Positions 35,912 to 41,188 of a DNA stretch of 41,188 nucleotides are shown piece by piece. The DNA is from Clostridia bacterium (GTDB taxonomy: Bacteria > Bacillota > Clostridia > Oscillospirales > CAG-272), in assembly GCA_017508465.1 (NCBI GenBank), contig JAFVYW010000153.1, positions 1-41,188 of the forward strand. Direction: 5' to 3'. A program made the translations under genes and the position numbers. The notes under the pieces are model-generated. The model was given only the letters and a program-made list of their open reading frames with translations, was not told the origin of the DNA and did no database searches. Each line of letters opens with the position of its first letter. The first letter of the stretch is position 1.

Positions 35912-37627
35912 ATGGGAAGAACATTTACAGAGCATCATAAAAGACAACTTCATAGCCTGAATGGCTTCTTTGGCTTCTGCACAGATAAAGAAAAGAAGGG
36001 GCTTTCTCTCGGGTGGCAAAAAGGCATCCCGAGCGAGAGGAAGGTTGCCGTACCGCAGGTGTGGAACAGCGAGGTGGATCTGCTGACCTATACAGGTGTC
36101 GCGTGGTATGAAAAGCGCTTTTTCACCGAGGGTGGTACGCTGCACTTCGTGTTCGATGGCGTAATGACAGAATGCACCATCTGGCTCGATGGAGAATTGC
36201 TTTGCTCTCACTATGGTGGATTTACATCTTTTGAGAAAATTGTCAAAAATGTAAACAAAGGTGAACATATTCTTGTTTTGCGCGTCGACAACTCCTTTGA
36301 TGAACACTCCATTCCACAAGCCTATGTGGATTGGTATCACTATGGTGGAATTGTACGCGGCGTGAGCGTGGAAACCCTTTCTGGTATCTGTATCCTGCGC
36401 TCGCATATCGAATATTCTCTTGATGAACAACGAAAGAACGCCAAGGTTCAGTTCAGCCTCGACCTTTATAATGCATGTGACACCTCCTTGACCGATACCA
36501 TTACCGCGACAATCGACGATAAGACAATATCTATCCCCGTCACGATGAACCCTCACGAAACTCTTCATCTGCGAAGCGAAGAAACAGCGCTTTCCAACAT
36601 TCGCCTTTGGGATATCGGAAAACCCGAACTTTACACCGTCACCTTCGAGAGCGCGACCGATGACCTCTTTGACAGAACAGGCTTCCGCACCTTTGAAGTA
36701 AAAGGACACGACATTCTTCTCAACGGCAGAAAAATCGAAATCCGTGGCACGAACCGTCACGAAGAGCACCCCGATTTTGGCTTCGCCTTTCCACCCGCTT
36801 TGATGCAACGCGATATCGATCTCATCAAAGCCATGGGCGCGAACGCCATTCGTGGCTCGCACTACCCGAACAGTAAGGAATTCCTCGACCTCGTCGATGA
36901 AAACGGATTGCTTTTCTGGAGCGAAATTCCCATCTGGGGTGTCGGCTTCCGTCCCGAGCTTCTTGCCGATGAAGTTATTATCGCTCGTGGACTTGAGATG
37001 CATCGTGAGATGCTTGCGCAGTATTATAACCACCCCTCGATTGTCATCTGGGGCATGCATAACGAGATTGCCACAGGCACCGAATATGCCTTGCCGATGT
37101 CGAAGCTCTACTATAATTTTCTCAAAGAAAATGGCGGTAATCGCGCCGTGGTGTATGCCTCTTGCCACCCCCTGATTGACATCTGCTTTGACTATACCGA
37201 TATCCTGTGCCTGAACCTTTATTTTGGTTGGTATCGCGGATATGAAGAGAACGCGTGGGAAAACTTCTTCGATGCATTCGATAAGCGCCTTCTCGAAATC
37301 GGACAGTCGCATAAACCTATTATCATGAGCGAGTTCGGCTTTGCCGCCCTCTATGGGAACCACGATGCCGACGATATCCTCTGGAGCGAGGAATATCAGG
37401 AGCGAATGTTTGAGCATGTGCTTACCCTCTATCATTCGCGCGAGAATATCGCAGGATTTTATATCTGGCAGTTTGCTGACATCCGCACCAGCAGGGAGGC
37501 AGGACTTAACCGCGCACGCTCCTTCAATAACAAGGGCGTGATGAATGAGCATCGCAAGCCAAAACTTGCTTATCGCAAAATCAAATCCCTGTATAATATG
37601 TTTGAACAAGAGGAACAAAGCCTCTGA
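35912..37627 (+). CDS. Glycoside hydrolase family 2, beta-glucuronidase-like
   Basis: YGGIVRGV, GTNRHEE, IRGSHYP, acid/base WGMHNE, nucleophile MSEFG, WQFAD and the NxKG uronidase motif (NNKG); ATG at 35912 after AAGGAG. Confidence 0.92.
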   Translation: MGRTFTEHHKRQLHSLNGFFGFCTDKEKKGLSLGWQKGIPSERKVAVPQVWNSEVDLLTYTGVAWYEKRFFTEGGTLHFVFDGVMTECTIWLDGELLCSHYGGFTSFEKIVKNVNKGEHILVLRVDNSFDEHSIPQAYVDWYHYGGIVRGVSVETLSGICILRSHIEYSLDEQRKNAKVQFSLDLYNACDTSLTDTITATIDDKTISIPVTMNPHETLHLRSEETALSNIRLWDIGKPELYTVTFESATDDLFDRTGFRTFEVKGHDILLNGRKIEIRGTNRHEEHPDFGFAFPPALMQRDIDLIKAMGANAIRGSHYPNSKEFLDLVDENGLLFWSEIPIWGVGFRPELLADEVIIARGLEMHREMLAQYYNHPSIVIWGMHNEIATGTEYALPMSKLYYNFLKENGGNRAVVYASCHPLIDICFDYTDILCLNLYFGWYRGYEENAWENFFDAFDKRLLEIGQSHKPIIMSEFGFAALYGNHDADDILWSEEYQERMFEHVLTLYHSRENIAGFYIWQFADIRTSREAGLNRARSFNNKGVMNEHRKPKLAYRKIKSLYNMFEQEEQSL

Positions 37628-37706
37628 AAAGTTTAAAAATGATAACAATTATTTACAAATTACAACATTTTATAGCATAAAAACCAAAAAGAAAGGGGAA
37701 CATACC

Positions 37707-38714
37707 ATGCAAAACAACGATAGAAAACCAATCGAAAACGCATGTGGCGCGTCCGATTTTATTCTCGTTAAAGAGAGCTACGGCTATGATATCGATGCCT
37801 ACATCGGAAATAAAACGGAGGTCACTATTCCCGAGACCATTGATGGCGTGCGTGTCGCCCATATCAATTCTCTCGCCTTCTCTCCACGAAACCCTCGCTT
37901 TGATAAGGAGCATCAGGCGTTTCTGCGTGAGAACTTCACGCATGTTTTCATCCCTGAAAGTGTCCGCGTAGAACGCCTCGCCTTTGCCGGATGTCTGAAA
38001 CTTCAGATTGAAAAGGAAGAATACTGGTCGCAAGAAAAATGGCTCTATTACGCGCCCGATTGTCCCTCGCCGTTTACGCCGATAGTACGCGAGGGCGAAA
38101 AGGGCATCTATCGTACTCCCGACACCAATAAAATTTTGTGGAATGAGTTCGTCGTCAGTGGCGAATATCACACCATCGGCGCAGGTGCTTTAATGAGCCG
38201 AAACAATCATATTGTCTATGTATGCGAGGGTGTGAAGCGCATTGAAGCCGGTGCATTTACCTTTATGGAGACAATGCATACCGTCTACCTTCCCTCCACA
38301 CTTGAATATCTCTCGCCGAACGCCTTTATCGAATGTGATGCATTGCCACCCGAGATGATACCTGAAAAATTCCGTACCCCACCGCAAAAGCAGTATACTG
38401 CCACCCTCGATATTCACTATGAAAAATGGTCGGATGGCTCTTCCTATCGTATAAAGGACGACCTGACCATAAAACTTGACGGCAAAAGACTTGGTTACAG
38501 GATTAATCGCATGGATTACCACTTGCTCGAGCTCACCGCGGATCATGCGGTAGTATTCCTCTCAAAAGTCAAAATGCCTGTTACAATCCCTGTCTCGACC
38601 CCCGTAACCTTTACCTTTGGCGTCAGATCGAATGGCGGGATTATCGAAGGCTCTCGCTATTATGACTACGATGACAATTACGAGTATACCTTCACCCTCT
38701 CCAATATAAAATAA
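37707..38714 (+). CDS. BspA-type leucine-rich-repeat protein without an obvious signal peptide
   Basis: EVTIPETIDG..V..I...AF, VFIPESV...AFAGC, and EGVKRIEAGAF...VYLPSTLEYLSPNAFIEC; ATG at 37707 after AAAGGGG. Confidence 0.75.
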   Translation: MQNNDRKPIENACGASDFILVKESYGYDIDAYIGNKTEVTIPETIDGVRVAHINSLAFSPRNPRFDKEHQAFLRENFTHVFIPESVRVERLAFAGCLKLQIEKEEYWSQEKWLYYAPDCPSPFTPIVREGEKGIYRTPDTNKILWNEFVVSGEYHTIGAGALMSRNNHIVYVCEGVKRIEAGAFTFMETMHTVYLPSTLEYLSPNAFIECDALPPEMIPEKFRTPPQKQYTATLDIHYEKWSDGSSYRIKDDLTIKLDGKRLGYRINRMDYHLLELTADHAVVFLSKVKMPVTIPVSTPVTFTFGVRSNGGIIEGSRYYDYDDNYEYTFTLSNIK

Positions 38715-38833
38715 GCACGCGCAATTGGGTGGTGTCATAAGCGGAGAATTTGAAAAGTGCTATGAAGTGCGAGCATCGCATTTGTCTGGTCAAATACTTT
38801 ATGGGATAAGCCCCAACCCCTATACAAGCAGAA

Positions 38834-38886
38834 AAGAGCAAGGATAAAAGGATAAACCTTCCATTCTTGCTCTTATTTTTTCTTCT
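38834..38886. terminator. Terminator-like hairpin
   Basis: AAGAGCAAG...CTTGCTCTT followed by a T-rich tract. Confidence 0.6.
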
Positions 38887-38887
38887 G

Positions 38888-39037
38888 TCGATATGCTACG
38901 CTCCCATTCGATATGAGATAAATCCCTCGTTTGCGAAGCAAACATATCGAGTGCGTCAGCACATATCGAGTTTGTATATCTCGCCTTTGGCGAGGTATGC
39001 AAATCATATCGAAAATCCCGCAAGGGATTTATATCGA
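38888..39037. repeat. Array of four hairpins each followed by ATATCGA, preceded by two reverse-complement copies (TCGATATG)
   Basis: TCGATATG at 38888 and 38908; ATATCGA at 38944, 38963, 39006 and 39031, each following a stem-loop. Confidence 0.85.
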
Positions 39038-39089
39038 TGCATGATACTCTTAACGGAGTATCACGCTATTTGCGCGTGCCTTTTTCTCA

Positions 39090-40082
39090 TTACATATGTT
39101 CTTTGATCATTCTTGTCAGATTTTCCGTCATTTCCATAATGCCGTCGGGATTGGGATGTACAAGTCCCGTGGTGAGTTTTGACGGATTGGTAAGCACGGT
39201 CTTGCCGTTGACATAAACGACATTTGGAAGATTGAACTCCGCTACCACACGGGCGAGAATTTCACGGAAGCATTCCGCCTTTCCATCCCCGACAATGTCA
39301 CTCCTGCAAGTATAGACATCGATAGCAAAAATCATTGCATTGGGGTGCGCCATAGCGATACGAGGGACAAAGTAACGCACACGCTCCTCGTAATCTGTAG
39401 GCTCGATGTCGAGAATATTGATGCCCATCTCGAGCGTTGCAAAATCAAATTCGCACTCGTCGGCGATAAAGTCTGCCATCTCGCGCTCAAGACACGCCGA
39501 ACCGGCAAGACCAAGGTTTTGCACATCAGCACCGAGATTCGCCGCCACCCGCTCGGTATAGTAATAATAAGGATGCAGTGCGATACTTCCGTGCGTGATT
39601 GATGAGCCGTATGCAAGATACTTCTTTGCAGGGTACATATCTTCATCCGGCACGGCGATATCGCCCTCTACCTCAACAATCTGCGGTCTTACCGAAAAGA
39701 CAAGACGCACCACATCGGGTGAAAATCTGTGTCCGTATTCTTCGGCGAGTTGCTTTAGTATCTTCAGATTTTTGGCTTTGGGAATTGTGACCTCGCATAT
39801 ACCGGAAAACTTTTTCGTCGTTTCAGGCCAGTCGGCAACAAACTCTCCGTGATACACCGTAATCGTACCACTCACGCCTTCATCATACGCCAGTCGCAAA
39901 GTCACAGCGTCTCCCTTCAGCACAAAACGGCATTCAATGCCCGTCGCGTTTCTGCTTTGTACCTTTCCTCTTTCTGACAGATGCTGTTCTACCTCGAGTG
40001 GCACTCTGATTGTACCGTATGCACCACTCGGCAACTCTTCCAATGCCTCGCAACCATGAATATCAATATTTTGGAAAATCAT
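39090..40082 (-). CDS. SGNH/GDSL hydrolase with an N-terminal accessory domain
   Basis: Block I YGSSITHG, block II NLGLAG, block III EMGIN, block V LVHP; promoter TTGACA-17 bp-TACAAT on the minus strand near 40114-40142. Confidence 0.85.
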   Translation of the reverse strand: MIFQNIDIHGCEALEELPSGAYGTIRVPLEVEQHLSERGKVQSRNATGIECRFVLKGDAVTLRLAYDEGVSGTITVYHGEFVADWPETTKKFSGICEVTIPKAKNLKILKQLAEEYGHRFSPDVVRLVFSVRPQIVEVEGDIAVPDEDMYPAKKYLAYGSSITHGSIALHPYYYYTERVAANLGADVQNLGLAGSACLEREMADFIADECEFDFATLEMGINILDIEPTDYEERVRYFVPRIAMAHPNAMIFAIDVYTCRSDIVGDGKAECFREILARVVAEFNLPNVVYVNGKTVLTNPSKLTTGLVHPNPDGIMEMTENLTRMIKEHM

Positions 40083-40253
40083 TCGTGAATCTCCTTTTGT
40101 AAAACGCTACCTTATTGTACCACATAATGCTATTTTTGTCAAGATGCGCTCCCTCTTTGTACCAGGATACGCTCCGCGCCCATACACTTAACCCTCCCTT
40201 TTTTTCTTTCCGTTTTTCACACTTCAATCTGCAACAAAACCACCCCAAAAACA

Positions 40254-40286
40254 AAAGCACTCACGGAAAATCCGTGAGTGCTTTCT
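40254..40286 (-). terminator. Terminator downstream of ppdK
   Basis: AAAGCACTCACGG-aaaat-CCGTGAGTGCTTT. Confidence 0.85.
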
Positions 40287-40350
40287 TCGCTCATTTGCTA
40301 TCGCAAACGAGCAAAATGTCGATATTCTGTAAACCGTAATTTACAAAATC

Positions 40351-41188
40351 TTACTTTTTAAGGGCTGCCTGCGCTGCTGCCAGACGAGCGATCGGAACTC
40401 TGAAGGGCGAGCAGGAAACATAGGAGAGACCGATGTTGTGGCAGAATTCTACGGATGCGGGGTCACCACCATGCTCACCGCAGATACCGATGTGCATTTC
40501 AGGACGAACACCACGGCCGAGAGCGATTGCGGTCTTCATGAGGCCACCAACGCCAACCTAGTCAAGCTTTGCGAAGGGATCGTTTTCGAAGATCTTTGCA
40601 TCGTAGTAAGCATCAAGGAACTTACCAGCATCATCACGGCTGAAGCCGTAGGTCATCTGGGTAAGGTCGTTCGTACCGAAGCAGAAGAATTCAGCCTCGG
40701 ATGCGATTGCATCAGCGGTGATACATGCGCGAGGAATCTCGATCATGGTACCAACTTCATACTTGAGCTCAACGCCTGCTGCAGCGATTTCTGCATCAGC
40801 AGTTTCAACAACGATGTTCTTGACATACTTAAGCTCTTTGATTTCGCCTACAAGAGGAATCATGATTTCAGGAACATCCTTCCAGTCGGGATGGTTCTTC
40901 TGAACATTGAGTGCTGCACGGATAACAGCCTTGGTCTGCATTCTTGCGATTTCAGGATAGGTAACTGCAAGACGGCATCCACGGTGGCCCATCATGGGGT
41001 TCGCTTCATGGAGAGACTCGATAACTGCATGAATTTCAGCAACGGTCTTGCCAGTGTTCTTCGCGAGGAGAGCGATATCGCCATCTTCGGTAGGAACGAA
41101 CTCATGAAGAGGAGGATCGAGGAAACGAATGGTAACAGGGTTGCCTTCCAGAGCCTCATAGAGCTTCTCGAAGTCAGACTGCTGCATA
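40351..41188 (-). pseudogene. ppdK: 3' part of pyruvate phosphate dikinase, interrupted by an in-frame TAG at 40558-40560 (true pseudogene or sequence error); the 5' part is outside the window
   Basis: TIRFLDPPLHEF, EANPMMGHRGCRL, GTMIEIPRA and FGTNDLTQMTYGFSRDD, then FAKLD*VGVGGLM continuing in the same frame to [10 protein letters not shown] and [19 protein letters not shown]. Confidence 0.85.

Noticed and set aside
35825-37648. 607-aa minus-strand ORF
   Set aside because: Antisense to the GH2 gene, which has full catalytic motifs; the ORF has no recognisable domain.
40558-40560. Genome-wide TAG-to-Gln recoding or pyrrolysine insertion
   Set aside because: The MBL/RNase Z-like gene ends at a TAG (22527-22529) where the family normally ends. 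No other gene in the window has an internal TAG, and no suppressor tRNA or pyl genes are visible.

Overview
Bacterial chromosome segment of roughly 50% GC by eye. Near-consensus sigma-A promoters, AGGAGG ribosome-binding sites, lipoproteins and the gene content suggest an uncultured gut or rumen Clostridia-type Firmicute (inference). It carries about 27 CDSs, mostly for carbohydrate or ester scavenging and transport: mgsA with a ThuA-like gene, MFS and GPH transporters, a CUT1 ABC importer, GH31, GH2, SGNH/SASA esterases, alkaline phosphatase and two very large secreted proteins. It also has a DUF1538/PII pair, an Mrr-type nuclease, tRNA-Tyr(GTA), and the 3' end of ppdK interrupted by an in-frame TAG. 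The most unusual signals are non-coding. (1) Two intergenic arrays in which variable hairpins are joined by a constant linker with an ATATC core (19890-20031 and 38888-39037), one showing a compensatory base-pair change. (2) A structured element beyond the tRNA-Tyr terminator that carries an inverted, degenerate copy of that tRNA's 3' end. (3) Two inverted copies of a 304-bp hairpin-rich MITE-like element bracketing a four-gene block. All product calls come from motif recognition by eye; no database searches were run.
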